Source: an uncultured bacterium (GTDB taxonomy: Bacteria; Verrucomicrobiota; Kiritimatiellia; RFP12; UBA1067). From it: a DNA stretch of 64,000 nucleotides. The position numbers and the translations under genes are program-made. The notes beneath the pieces are model-generated. The model worked only from the letters and a program-made list of their open reading frames with translations, ran no database searches and was not told the DNA's origin. Location: contig CACZDG010000007.1 in assembly GCA_902779865.1 (NCBI GenBank), positions 8,958 to 72,957 of the forward strand, written 5' to 3'. This document shows positions 8,674-18,441 of this stretch, in pieces (the stretch's first letter is position 1; each line of letters starts with the position of its first letter).

Positions 8674-11600
8674 ATGATTAAACTAACTTGCAGTGCGGCG
8701 ATTGCTGTTGCAGTCGCGCAAACGTTCGCGTTCAGGCTGCCAGTGGTGCAGGACGTGGACGTGGTGGTGGCCGGCGGGTCGTCCGCCGCCGTCGCCGCCG
8801 CCGTTGCCGCGAAGCAGGCGGGCGCGACGGTGTTTCTCGCCGCGCCGCGTCCGTACCTGGGCGAGGATCTCGCGGGCACGCTGCGCCTTGCGCGCGTGCC
8901 GGACGACGACGAGTCGCATCCGATCTACCGCGCGATTTTCGACGGACGCCGCGCCGCGCGCGCGAGTTGGCCGTTCACCTACACATACGACGCGAAGCCC
9001 GACAAGACGCATCTTGACGCGAAACACTCCGTGTTGAAGGACGGAAAGTTCGGCAACGCGACGCTGGAAAGCGTGCAGTTTTCCGGCGACGTCACCGTGT
9101 CCGTCGATCTCGGCGAGGCACGCGACATCTCCGGCGTGGAGCTCTCCACGTACCTGCGCGAACACAAGGCTGGCAAGAATCGAAAGGCCGACCTCTCGAA
9201 GGTTGGATTCCGTACGGCGGCGATGGAGGTGTCCGCAAGCCGTGACGGCAAGGAGTGGAGCCCCGTCTCCTTTTCCGACAAGCCTGCCGTCAGAGGCACC
9301 ACCAACAGCGGCATCCTCTCCGTGCCGTTCGCCGGCACGTGGCGTTACCTGCGCGTGCGCGCGGTGCGGGATCCCGCGTATCCGCGCCAGCTTCTCGGCG
9401 AACTGCGCGTGCTGAAGGGCGATTCCGCCGTCGATGAGCTTGTAGACCGCACCACGCCCATCGCCGTGAAGCGGACGCTCGACGAGGCGCTTCTCGCGGC
9501 GGGCGTTCCCTACCTCACGGGCGCGGTGCCGTGTGGTCTCCTGAAGGACGAAGACGAGCGCGCGTGCGGCATTGTGATCGCGGACCGCAGCGGACGCCAG
9601 GCGATCCGCGCGAAGATGATCATCGACGCGATGCCGCGCGGCCGCATCGCCCGTCTCGCGGGCGCCGAGGCGACGTTCAAAGCCGGTACGCGCACGTTCT
9701 CGCGCATCGTTCTTTCCGGGGAACGTCCGACCCGCGTGCGCACCACGCAGCTTCCCGGCGACGTGCCAGTGACGGTGAAGAACATCCGCTCGAAGAGATT
9801 CCCCAATGATTTCACGGCGCACTTCTGGAAGTGCGAGATGGACGTCGATATGCCGGATGATTCGGCGCGTTCCTTCGCTGAGGCGGAACAGGCGCTGCGC
9901 GATGCCACGTTCACGCCGCTCCAGGCAGATGCCGCGAACACGGCGGTTCTCGCGGACGAACCCGCCTTGCGGGTGCCCGACGGCAAACCCGTGTTCGTGC
10001 TTGCGCCGTGTGCATTCCCCGGAAAGGCAATCACGGTTGGCGCACAGACGGGCACGGCGGCGGCGAAGGCCGCGAAGGGAATGCCCGCGCCGAGCGGGCG
10101 GATTTACGTGTACGGCGCGTTGCCGGGCGAAAAGCTGCTGATACATGCGTCCGCCGAGCGCGTAGGCGAACACGCGAAGGCGCTGCCGTCATACCTCGTG
10201 AAGGCGTCCGGCACGGTTGCGGACGTTTCGCCGATGCCGCTTCTCGCGACATGCGACACATTCGTGGTGGGAGCGGGCACGGGCGGCGGACCGGCCGGCA
10301 TCTCCGCCGCGCGCGCAGGCGCGAAGACGATTGTGTGCGAGTACGTTTACATGATGGGCGGCGTCACTACGGATGGCTTGATCGGACACTACTACTACGG
10401 CAACCGCGTCGGCTTCACGCAGGAGATCGACGCGGGCGTGCAGGAGACGGGCGCGGTGTTCCCGCAGGCGAAAAGCGAGTGGTACCGCCGCGAACAGCGT
10501 CGGGCGGGCGCGGAGATTTGGTTCGGCACGATGCTTCAGGGAGTGATCGTGTACGGCTCGCGCGTGATTGGCGTGGTGGTGGTGATGCCGGACGGCACGC
10601 GCGGCGCGGTGCGCTGCAAGAACGTGGTGGACGCCACGGGCAACGCGGAGATTCCCGCGCTCGTCGGTACCGACACCGAGTTCATCACCGACACCGAACT
10701 CTCCGTGCAGGGCGCGACCATGGCGCGCAACACCCTTGGCACGGGCTACGCGAACTCCGATCTCGGCTTCGTGGACGATACGGACGCCGCCGACGTCTTC
10801 TACTTCGCGCTCCGCTCGCGCATGAGCATGCCGGACGGATCGTGGGACCAGTCGCAGGTGGTCAACAGCCGTGAGCGTCGCCGCATGGTGGGCGCGTTCT
10901 ACATGACGCCGCCCGACGTGATGAACGGTCGCACGTATCCCGACACGGTGGTGCGCACGTATTCGAACTTCGACTCGCACGGGCAGACCGCGCACGACGC
11001 GTTCTTCATCGAGGATCCCGGACACAAGCCGATGTACGTGAACCTGCCGTACCGCTGTTTCCTGCCGAAGACGCTCGACGGTGTGCTCGTGACGGGCCTC
11101 GGCATCAGCGCGCACCGCGACGCAATGCCGATCCTGCGCATGGAACCCGACGTGCAGAACCAGGGTTACGTGGCCGGCTATGCGGCGGCGTCTGCCGTAA
11201 AGGCGGGAGTCTCCGTGCGCAACGTGGACATCAAAGCGCTCCAGAAGCACCTTGTGGAGAAGAAAATCATCGGACCGGACGTGCCGAATCAGAAGGACTC
11301 CTTCCCGCTTTCCGACGAGGCATTCGCCAAGGCCGTACACGACCTCGCGAATAACTACAAGGGCCTCGCCGTGTTGATGACCGACCCCGACCGGGCGCGT
11401 CCGCTCCTCGCACGCGCCTACGCGACGGCGGAAGGAGAGTCCAAGTTCAACTACGCCCACCTGCTCGCGATGCTTGGTTGCGACGACGGCGCGGCGCTAG
11501 TGTTGGCGAAGTTCAAGGCGATGGACTGGGACAAGGGCTGGAACTACCGCGGCATGGGCCAGTACAACCGCAGCGTGAGCTGGGCAGACAGCTACGCAAT

Positions 11601-12003
11601 CGCGCTTGGGCACGCGAAGGTGCGCGCCGCCGTGCCTGCTCTCATTGAGAAGGCGGACCTGCTCACGGAGAAGAGCGAGTATTCTCATTTTCGCGCCATC
11701 GCCCGTGCGCTTGAGGAAATCGGCGACAAGTCGGCCGCGCCTGCGCTCGCGCGCGTGCTGAATCGTCCGGGCATCGGCGGCCACGCGCAGAAGATGCAGG
11801 CGAACGTGCCGGTTTTCGCAGGTTACTCCAACAAGGCGGGCGACTGGGAGCGTACGCTTTCGTTGCGCGAAATCTGCATCGCCCGCGCGCTCTACCGTCT
11901 CGGCGACACTTCCGACGGCCTTGGACGTCGTACGCTGGAAGCCTACGCGGCCGATCCTCGCCGCGCGTTCGCCACGCATGCCAAGCTAGTATTGGGCCAT
12001 TGA
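8674..12003 (+). CDS. Large FAD-dependent oxidoreductase-like protein with discoidin-like insert and C-terminal helical repeats
   Basis: Two Rossmann-type dinucleotide motifs: VDVVVAGGSSAAVAAAVAAKQAGATVFL, and FVVGAGTGGGPAGISAARAGAKTIV near aa 535. Signal peptide present. GGAGG Shine-Dalgarno 6 nt before the ATG at 8674. Confidence 0.65.
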   Translation: MIKLTCSAAIAVAVAQTFAFRLPVVQDVDVVVAGGSSAAVAAAVAAKQAGATVFLAAPRPYLGEDLAGTLRLARVPDDDESHPIYRAIFDGRRAARASWPFTYTYDAKPDKTHLDAKHSVLKDGKFGNATLESVQFSGDVTVSVDLGEARDISGVELSTYLREHKAGKNRKADLSKVGFRTAAMEVSASRDGKEWSPVSFSDKPAVRGTTNSGILSVPFAGTWRYLRVRAVRDPAYPRQLLGELRVLKGDSAVDELVDRTTPIAVKRTLDEALLAAGVPYLTGAVPCGLLKDEDERACGIVIADRSGRQAIRAKMIIDAMPRGRIARLAGAEATFKAGTRTFSRIVLSGERPTRVRTTQLPGDVPVTVKNIRSKRFPNDFTAHFWKCEMDVDMPDDSARSFAEAEQALRDATFTPLQADAANTAVLADEPALRVPDGKPVFVLAPCAFPGKAITVGAQTGTAAAKAAKGMPAPSGRIYVYGALPGEKLLIHASAERVGEHAKALPSYLVKASGTVADVSPMPLLATCDTFVVGAGTGGGPAGISAARAGAKTIVCEYVYMMGGVTTDGLIGHYYYGNRVGFTQEIDAGVQETGAVFPQAKSEWYRREQRRAGAEIWFGTMLQGVIVYGSRVIGVVVVMPDGTRGAVRCKNVVDATGNAEIPALVGTDTEFITDTELSVQGATMARNTLGTGYANSDLGFVDDTDAADVFYFALRSRMSMPDGSWDQSQVVNSRERRRMVGAFYMTPPDVMNGRTYPDTVVRTYSNFDSHGQTAHDAFFIEDPGHKPMYVNLPYRCFLPKTLDGVLVTGLGISAHRDAMPILRMEPDVQNQGYVAGYAAASAVKAGVSVRNVDIKALQKHLVEKKIIGPDVPNQKDSFPLSDEAFAKAVHDLANNYKGLAVLMTDPDRARPLLARAYATAEGESKFNYAHLLAMLGCDDGAALVLAKFKAMDWDKGWNYRGMGQYNRSVSWADSYAIALGHAKVRAAVPALIEKADLLTEKSEYSHFRAIARALEEIGDKSAAPALARVLNRPGIGGHAQKMQANVPVFAGYSNKAGDWERTLSLREICIARALYRLGDTSDGLGRRTLEAYAADPRRAFATHAKLVLGH

Positions 12004-12051
12004 CGAGGCATTTCATAATGGACGCCCCGCTTGCGCTGCGGACAGAGATTT

Positions 12052-12060
12052 TGATATAAT
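12052..12060 (+). promoter_or_regulatory. Extended -10 box TGATATAAT, 7 nt upstream of the ATG at 12068 (leaderless)
   Basis: Exact TGnTATAAT. The spacing places the expected TSS at or next to the start codon. Confidence 0.5.
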
Positions 12061-12067
12061 ATGCCCC

Positions 12068-13660
12068 ATGAAAACGCTTGCGACAGCAAACTACGACTTT
12101 GAAAAGCTGATAACCGATGGGTGCGTGTACGTCGATAAAACGGACATGCTCGGTAAGCTCGCGTCAACGAAGGACGCCATCTACTTCATCTCGCGTCCAC
12201 GTCGCTTTGGCAAGTCGCTGATGCTTTCCACGCTCAAGTGCCTGTTCGAGGGGAAGAAAAAGCTCTTCAAGGGGCTAAAGATCGAGAAGAAGTGGGACTG
12301 GTCGAAGACGTATCCCGTTATTGACCTCAACATGTCCGACTTTGACAAGGAAGGGACGCGGGAGGGGTTCCGATATTCGCTGCACGTTTCCCTCCAGGAA
12401 CGCTTGGAGAAGGAAGGCATCCCATACAAGGAGGGCGATACGCCAGCCCTGCTTTTTGACCGACTCATCAAGGGCCTTGCGGCGAAGAGCGACGAGGGGA
12501 GCGTCGTCATACTCGTTGATGAGTACGACCATCCACTTGGCGGGCTCCTCGACGACCGTCGGGCGCTCCGCGAGATGCGCCGCGAGCTGCATGGGTTTTA
12601 CTCAACGCTGAAGAACAACGTCGGCATCATACGTTTCATGATGATGACGGGCGTTTCCAAGTTCACGAAGCTTTCCGTGTTCTCCGGGCTCAAAAACCTG
12701 ATCGATCTCACAATCGAACGCCCCGAATACGCGGCCCTGCTAGGTTACACGGTGAAGGAGATCGAGACGGTGCTCGCTCCGCACCTCAGGGTCTTCGCCC
12801 GCAAGCAGCATGTTCCTCAGGAAAAGGCGATCAAGCTCCTCCGCGCCTGGTACGACTCGTACCGATTCTCGCCGTATTCCAACGCGCGCGTGTTGAATCC
12901 GGTTGCTGTCGGAAAGGCGCTTCCAAGCGGAATACTGATGAACTACTGGTCGAAGACAGGTATGCCCACGCTCATCCTCGAACGCCTACAGGCCTGCGGC
13001 AAGCGCCCCGAGAACATCGACGGCGTGACGGCTACGTTCGAGGAGCTCGACGTATGCGACGCGGAGGACCTGCCTTGGGTATCGCTCCTCTACCAGAGCG
13101 GATATCTCACGATCAAGGACGTCATCTGGACGGACGACGGGGACGGACGACGCGTCACCGGCATGATCCTCGGTGTTCCCAACCTTGAAGTGCGCGCCTC
13201 GCTAAAGTCGCTCTGGTGGAAACAGCTGATGAAGATCGATGAAAAGGACTTCACCGCGCTTGTGGATGTAGCGAAGCGGCAAATTGCGGAAGGTGACATT
13301 CGAATGCTCGTCGGCAAGACTCTCTACTCGCTCTATGCCGCGTTGCCGCCGACATGGCGCGTGAAGGACGAGGCGGATGCCAAACGGTACTTCCAGCTTT
13401 TCACGAAGATGCTCGGCGCGAAGGTGCAGGCGGAGGAGGGGTCAGCCTTCGGCTACGCCGACGCTATCGTTGAGACGAAGAAGGGTGTCTATGTGTTCGA
13501 GTTCAAGTTCAACCGTTCGGCGAAGGCGGCGATACGGCAGATTCGCGAAAAGGGATATGCCGACGCCTACAAGACGGACAAGCGTCCCGTGACGCTTATC
13601 GGCATCAACTTCAGCGCGAAGAAGCGCAACATCGACGAACCTTTGATTGAAAACCTGTGA
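12068..13660 (+). CDS. AAA-ATPase-like / PD-(D/E)XK nuclease family protein (predicted ATPase, DUF1703-type)
   Basis: N-terminal signature FEKLITDGCVYVDKT...YFISRPRRFGKSL. The C-terminal YADAIVETKKGVYVFEFKF block fits a PD-(D/E)XK core. Confidence 0.8.
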   Translation: MKTLATANYDFEKLITDGCVYVDKTDMLGKLASTKDAIYFISRPRRFGKSLMLSTLKCLFEGKKKLFKGLKIEKKWDWSKTYPVIDLNMSDFDKEGTREGFRYSLHVSLQERLEKEGIPYKEGDTPALLFDRLIKGLAAKSDEGSVVILVDEYDHPLGGLLDDRRALREMRRELHGFYSTLKNNVGIIRFMMMTGVSKFTKLSVFSGLKNLIDLTIERPEYAALLGYTVKEIETVLAPHLRVFARKQHVPQEKAIKLLRAWYDSYRFSPYSNARVLNPVAVGKALPSGILMNYWSKTGMPTLILERLQACGKRPENIDGVTATFEELDVCDAEDLPWVSLLYQSGYLTIKDVIWTDDGDGRRVTGMILGVPNLEVRASLKSLWWKQLMKIDEKDFTALVDVAKRQIAEGDIRMLVGKTLYSLYAALPPTWRVKDEADAKRYFQLFTKMLGAKVQAEEGSAFGYADAIVETKKGVYVFEFKFNRSAKAAIRQIREKGYADAYKTDKRPVTLIGINFSAKKRNIDEPLIENL

Positions 13661-13667
13661 TGAAGTA

Positions 13668-16187
13668 ATGGAGCCCCAAAATATGAGAAAATTGTTTTGT
13701 GCTGCTGTAACGGCATCCGTGTTTGTGCCGTTGCTTTCCGCCGCCGAACCCGCGTGGCCCGCCGTCACGAAGGAGATGCGTCCGTGGGCGTACAACTGGT
13801 GGATGGGATGCGCCGCCGACAGGGCGGGGCTTGAGCTCCAGGCGAAGGAGTTCGCGGAGGCCGGCATGGGCGGCTACCACGTGATTCCGATTTACGAAGC
13901 CAAGGAAGAGAAGCACCCGAAGGTTGCGTTCCTTTCGGAGGAATGGACGCGCCTGTTCAATACGGCGGAGGAAACGGCGCGGGCGCAGGGTCTCGGCGTC
14001 GATCTTTCCATGGGATGCGGCTGGTGCTTCGGCGGACCGTGGGTCTCGAAGGAACACGGCGGCTGGCATCTTGCGCGCATGTGGGACGGCGAGAAGCCCA
14101 AGAAGGCCGGGTCGCGTCTTCTGTGGGAAGGGAAGAACGAAAAAGGCAGGCGCATGGCCCTCTACTCCGTGCCGACCGGGTTAAAGGTGAAGCGCCCACC
14201 CGAATCTGGCAAGGGGCTGATGATCGACCCGTTTTCGCCCGACGCCATGCGCGAGCACCTGAAGCCGTTTGCCGCCGCGCTCGACCGCCCCGGCGCCGTC
14301 TCCCCGCGCGCGTTCTACCACGACTCCTACGAGTACTACGGCGCGTCCTGGACGCCCGCCCTGTTCGAGGCGTTCAAGGCGAAGCGCGGCTACGACCTGC
14401 GTGACCACCTGTCCGCATTCGCGGGCGCGAGCGGCACGAAGGACGAGCAGTTCCGCCTCCGCCACGACTACCGCGAGACGCTGTCCGACCTCATCCTCGA
14501 CACGTTTGCGATCTGGTCGGACTGGTGTCGCACGCGCGGCATCATCACCCGCAACGAGGCGCACGGCTCGCCCTCCAACTGGCTTGACTTCTACGCCCTC
14601 TCCGACATCCCGGAGACCGAGATGTTCAACAAGGACCGCGACATCCTCGTCTCGAAGTTCGCCTCGTCGGCGGCCCATGTGAAGGGCACGCGCCTCGTTG
14701 CCAGCGAAAGCTGCACGTGGATCAACGAGCATTTCAACGCCTCGCTTGAGGAGGTGAAGGGGTTCCTCGACCTGCTCTTTCTCTCCGGCGTGAACCACAT
14801 GTACTACCACGGTTGCTGCTATTCGCCCGCCGATGCCGCGTGGCCGGGCTGGTGCTTCTACGCGTCGCTCGAAATGAACCCGCGCAACCCGATCTGGCGT
14901 GACGCGCCGATCCTCAACGCCTGGATCACGCGCGTGCAGTCGCTTGCGCAAACTTCGGAGCCGGACGAGGACGCGCTCATCTACTGGACGCTCCACGACT
15001 ACTGGCGCAACCAGCGCGAACTGTCTTTCGGTCTGGGCGTCTCCGGCAATGATTGGTTCGCGAAGACCGCTGTCGGCAAGACGGCGCGGCGTCTCTACAC
15101 GGAAGGCGCGGCATTCGACTTCATTTCCGACCGCCAGCTCATTGCCCTTGCGCAGCAGCCGAAGCGGAAGTGGAACACGATCGTCATTCCGGACTGCGAG
15201 ACGATGCCGGTGGAGACGGCGCGGAGTCTTGCGGCGCTTGCGAAGAAGGGTTACAAGATCGTGTTTGACGGACGGCGTCCCGCAGACGTGCCGGGTCTGA
15301 AGGACGTGGAGGCGGGACGTGCCGCGCTCGCAAAGGCACTTGCAGATATTCCGGGGGCGGATATGAAGAACGCCGTGAGGCGCGAGCCGTTCAACGCAAA
15401 GGCGGGGCTTGCCTACACGCGCTTCCGTCGCGGCGACTATACGCTCTACTACGTGGTCAACATGTCCGACAAGACAACGCAGGGCGTATTCCGTCCCACG
15501 GCGAAGACGGTTGGCGCGTGGCTGCTCGACCCGATGAGCGGGGCGATCAAGCCGATCGCCGCGCAGGACGGCGCGGTGGAGCTGGCGCTCGAGAAGGGCG
15601 AAAGCGTGTGGGTTTGGTGTACGCCTTCGGGAGGGCCGCGCTCCGTCGCGGCCGAAAGAGCACGCATTGCCTCCTCCACAATCACTCTCAATGGCCCGTG
15701 GACGCTCACGCCTGTCTGCGGTGGACCTGACTTGGAGAAGGGCTGGCCGCGCACGATGCAGACGCTCACGTCATGGTCGCGCAACGACGACGGCACGGAG
15801 AATCCGTTCTGCGGGACGGTCTGCTATCGGACGACATTCACGCTGGACAACGATGGCGCGCGGAAGGGCGCGACGCTGGACCTCGGGCGTGTGTGCGAAT
15901 CGGCGCGCGTGAGCGTGAACGGTGTGTGCGCGGGTGTACGCATCATGCCGCCGTATCGCGTGGAGATCCCGGCGGGTATGCTCAAAGTGGGCGAGAACGT
16001 GCTGGAGGTTGAAGTCACGAACGTGGGCGCGAACCGCATCCGCGACCTCGACAAGCGCAAGGTGCAATGGAAGATATTCAGCGACATCAACATCGTCGGA
16101 CGCAACTACCGTCCGTTCGACGCCTCCAAGTGGCCGCTGCGCGATTCAGGTCTGTTCGGCCCGGTCACGTTGTCATTTCGTCAGTAA
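13668..16187 (+). CDS. Secreted glycoside hydrolase (GH106-like / alpha-L-rhamnosidase-like family suspected) with C-terminal galactose-binding-like domain
   Basis: Signal peptide MRKLFCAAVTASVFVPLLSA. N-terminal PWAYNWWMG...AGMGGYHVIPIY. C-terminal RVSVNGVCAGVRIMPPYRVEIPAGMLKVGENVLEVEVTN is a typical sugar-binding jelly roll. Family assignment is from memory only. The start could be 13668 or 13683. Confidence 0.55.
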   Translation: MEPQNMRKLFCAAVTASVFVPLLSAAEPAWPAVTKEMRPWAYNWWMGCAADRAGLELQAKEFAEAGMGGYHVIPIYEAKEEKHPKVAFLSEEWTRLFNTAEETARAQGLGVDLSMGCGWCFGGPWVSKEHGGWHLARMWDGEKPKKAGSRLLWEGKNEKGRRMALYSVPTGLKVKRPPESGKGLMIDPFSPDAMREHLKPFAAALDRPGAVSPRAFYHDSYEYYGASWTPALFEAFKAKRGYDLRDHLSAFAGASGTKDEQFRLRHDYRETLSDLILDTFAIWSDWCRTRGIITRNEAHGSPSNWLDFYALSDIPETEMFNKDRDILVSKFASSAAHVKGTRLVASESCTWINEHFNASLEEVKGFLDLLFLSGVNHMYYHGCCYSPADAAWPGWCFYASLEMNPRNPIWRDAPILNAWITRVQSLAQTSEPDEDALIYWTLHDYWRNQRELSFGLGVSGNDWFAKTAVGKTARRLYTEGAAFDFISDRQLIALAQQPKRKWNTIVIPDCETMPVETARSLAALAKKGYKIVFDGRRPADVPGLKDVEAGRAALAKALADIPGADMKNAVRREPFNAKAGLAYTRFRRGDYTLYYVVNMSDKTTQGVFRPTAKTVGAWLLDPMSGAIKPIAAQDGAVELALEKGESVWVWCTPSGGPRSVAAERARIASSTITLNGPWTLTPVCGGPDLEKGWPRTMQTLTSWSRNDDGTENPFCGTVCYRTTFTLDNDGARKGATLDLGRVCESARVSVNGVCAGVRIMPPYRVEIPAGMLKVGENVLEVEVTNVGANRIRDLDKRKVQWKIFSDINIVGRNYRPFDASKWPLRDSGLFGPVTLSFRQ

Positions 16188-16203
16188 CGCATTTCGGGAT
16201 TTT

Positions 16204-16212
16204 TGATATACT
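16204..16212 (+). promoter_or_regulatory. Extended -10 box TGATATACT upstream of the GDPD gene
   Basis: TGnTATACT 46 nt upstream of the ATG at 16258. AAAGGAAAAG Shine-Dalgarno in between. Confidence 0.45.
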
Positions 16213-16257
16213 ATCTGCGTTTAGACAATTTCAGTTCATAAAGAAAGGAAAAGAATC

Positions 16258-17133
16258 ATGAAGATGCAAATTGGAATGGCGGCTCTGGTGGTTGCCGGAA
16301 CTTTCATGTTTGGCGGGTGCTGCAGCTGCTGCTGCACGGCGAAACCCGACTACGATACGTTTATCTGCCACCGCGGCGAGTCCGACGACGCGCCGGAGAA
16401 CACTCTGCCAGCGTACAAGATGGCCGTTGACCGCGGATTCGGATTCGAGTGCGACATCTACCTTTCCGCCGACAAGCGCGTGTTCACGTTCCACGACCGC
16501 GACCTCAAGCGCACGACCGATGGCGCCTGCACGAAGAAGTGCGCCGAGGCGAACTGGGAAACGGAAATCTCCAAGGCCGACGTCGGCGGCTGGGGCAAGT
16601 GGAAAGGCTCGAAGTACTCGCCCACGCGCCCCGCTCTCCTCGAGGAGGTGCTGGCGCTTGCGCGTGACGGACGCCAGATCTACGTGGAGGTGAAGCCCGG
16701 CCCGGAGATCGTGCCGTACATCAAGGAAGTGTTCGCGAAGCAGAAGAACGCAACGCCCAAGAACGCCCTCTTCATAGCCTTCAACCGCGAGACGTGCAAG
16801 AAGCTGAAGGAGCTGATGCCCGAGTACAAGGTCTATTGGCTCACCTCTTCGAAGGTTGGCCCGAAGGGGGCGCAGAAACCCGTGACGGCCGAGTACATCA
16901 TCGAGGGCATCAAGGAAACTGGAGCGGACGGTGTTGACTGCCACTTCAACAGCAAGATCATCACCGCCGACATCATCAAGCAGGTGAAGTCCGCCGGTTA
17001 CGAGTTCCACGTGTGGACCGTTGACAAGCTCGAGGAGTCCCTCAAGGCGTTCGAGCGCGGTGCGCAGACCGTAACCACGAACTGCGCTAAGAAGCAGCTC
17101 GACGAGTACACCGCCAAGTGCAAGGCGAAGTAA
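16258..17133 (+). CDS. Glycerophosphodiester phosphodiesterase (GDPD family), likely lipoprotein
   Basis: ICHRGESDDAPENTLPAYKMAVDRGFGFECDIYLSADKRVFTFHDRDLKRTTDG matches the GDPD catalytic N-terminus. Signal peptide with Cys cluster. Confidence 0.85.
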   Translation: MKMQIGMAALVVAGTFMFGGCCSCCCTAKPDYDTFICHRGESDDAPENTLPAYKMAVDRGFGFECDIYLSADKRVFTFHDRDLKRTTDGACTKKCAEANWETEISKADVGGWGKWKGSKYSPTRPALLEEVLALARDGRQIYVEVKPGPEIVPYIKEVFAKQKNATPKNALFIAFNRETCKKLKELMPEYKVYWLTSSKVGPKGAQKPVTAEYIIEGIKETGADGVDCHFNSKIITADIIKQVKSAGYEFHVWTVDKLEESLKAFERGAQTVTTNCAKKQLDEYTAKCKAK

Positions 17134-17137
17134 CACC

Positions 17138-18436
17138 ATGCTACGCATAGTTGAATGGTCTGCGGGAAAACCGCAGAGCCGCGCCGTAACGAATTTCCTC
17201 TCACGCAGCGCGTTCCCGGAGGAGGCCGAGAAGGCCGCCTCCGAGGTGCTCGCCGCCATCCGCGCGGAGGGCGATGCGGCAGTTGCGCGCTACGTGGAGA
17301 AGTTTGAGGGCGCGCGCCTTTCACCGAAGCGTTTCCGCGTGACGGAGAAGGAACTAGCCGCAGCGGAGGCAGCCGTATCCCCCGATCTCAAGCGGGCGGT
17401 CAAGGATGCCTACGCGCGCGTGATGCGCTTTTCCAAGGCGTCTCTGCGCAAGCCGTGGACGATGAAGACTCCGAAGGGCGGTTCGGCGGGCGAGTTCTTC
17501 TCGCCGATGGACCGCGTGGGCGTCTATGTGCCGGGCGGCACCGCGCCGCTCGCTTCGACGAGCGTGATGACCGTTACGCTCGCCGCCGCAGCTGGCGTGA
17601 AGGAAATCGTCGCCAGCACGCCCGCAGGCCCAACGGGCACGCCCAACCCTGTGCTGCTCTACGCGCTCAAGCTCGCCGGTGCGACGGAAGTCTATCGCGT
17701 GGGCGGCATTCAGGCGATTGGCCTCATGGCGTTTGGCACGAAGACCGTGAAGAAAGTGCAGAAGATTGTGGGGCCCGGCAACGCCTACGTGACAGCGGCG
17801 AAGCGTCAGGTGTATGGCTACGTTGGCATCGACCAGGTGGCGGGCCCGAGCGAGATCGCAGTCCTTGCGGATGGCACGGTCAGCGCACAGTGGGTGGCCG
17901 CCGACCTCCTCAGCCAGGCCGAACACGGCAGCGGCTGGGAGAAGAGTCTGCTAGTCACGCAGTCCAAGGCGTTCGCCGAAGAGGTAAAGCGCGTATTGTT
18001 TGCGCAGACGGAAACGCTGTCGCGCAAGGCGCTCATCCAGCGCGTCATCGACCGCGACGGAATCCTCTTCGCCGTCACGCCTACGGTTGAGGAAGGGCTT
18101 GAGCTCGTGAACCGCTTCGCGCCGGAGCACTTCGAGATAATGTGCAAGGACGCGCTGAAGCTGATGAAGGGCGTTCGTTCGGCGGGCGCGGTGTTCGCGG
18201 GGGCGTGGACGCCTGAAAGCGCCGGCGACTTCGTTGCGGGTCCATCTCACGTGCTGCCCACGGGCGGCGCGGCGAATATGTTCAACGGACTCACGCCGGA
18301 CGACTTTCGCCGCCGTCATTCGTTCGTGGCCTTCACGAAGGGCGACCTCGCGCAGACGAAATCCACAATCGAGGCGTTTGCGCGCGTGGAGGGCCTCGAC
18401 GCGCACGGACGCGCAGCGACAATCCGATTCGAGTAA
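17138..18436 (+). CDS. hisD: Histidinol dehydrogenase
   Basis: Conserved GPGNAYVTAAKR, IDQVAGPSEIAVLAD, LLSQAEHG, EHFEI, PTGGAA. Length 432 aa. Confidence 0.93.
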   Translation: MLRIVEWSAGKPQSRAVTNFLSRSAFPEEAEKAASEVLAAIRAEGDAAVARYVEKFEGARLSPKRFRVTEKELAAAEAAVSPDLKRAVKDAYARVMRFSKASLRKPWTMKTPKGGSAGEFFSPMDRVGVYVPGGTAPLASTSVMTVTLAAAAGVKEIVASTPAGPTGTPNPVLLYALKLAGATEVYRVGGIQAIGLMAFGTKTVKKVQKIVGPGNAYVTAAKRQVYGYVGIDQVAGPSEIAVLADGTVSAQWVAADLLSQAEHGSGWEKSLLVTQSKAFAEEVKRVLFAQTETLSRKALIQRVIDRDGILFAVTPTVEEGLELVNRFAPEHFEIMCKDALKLMKGVRSAGAVFAGAWTPESAGDFVAGPSHVLPTGGAANMFNGLTPDDFRRRHSFVAFTKGDLAQTKSTIEAFARVEGLDAHGRAATIRFE

Positions 18437-18441
18437 CGGCA

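Noticed and set aside
3177-16187. A rhamnose utilisation locus linking rhaD with the putative GH106-like hydrolase.
   Set aside because: The two genes are 10 kb apart and separated by unrelated housekeeping genes. No rhaA, rhaB, rhaM or transporter is present, and the GH family call is itself uncertain.
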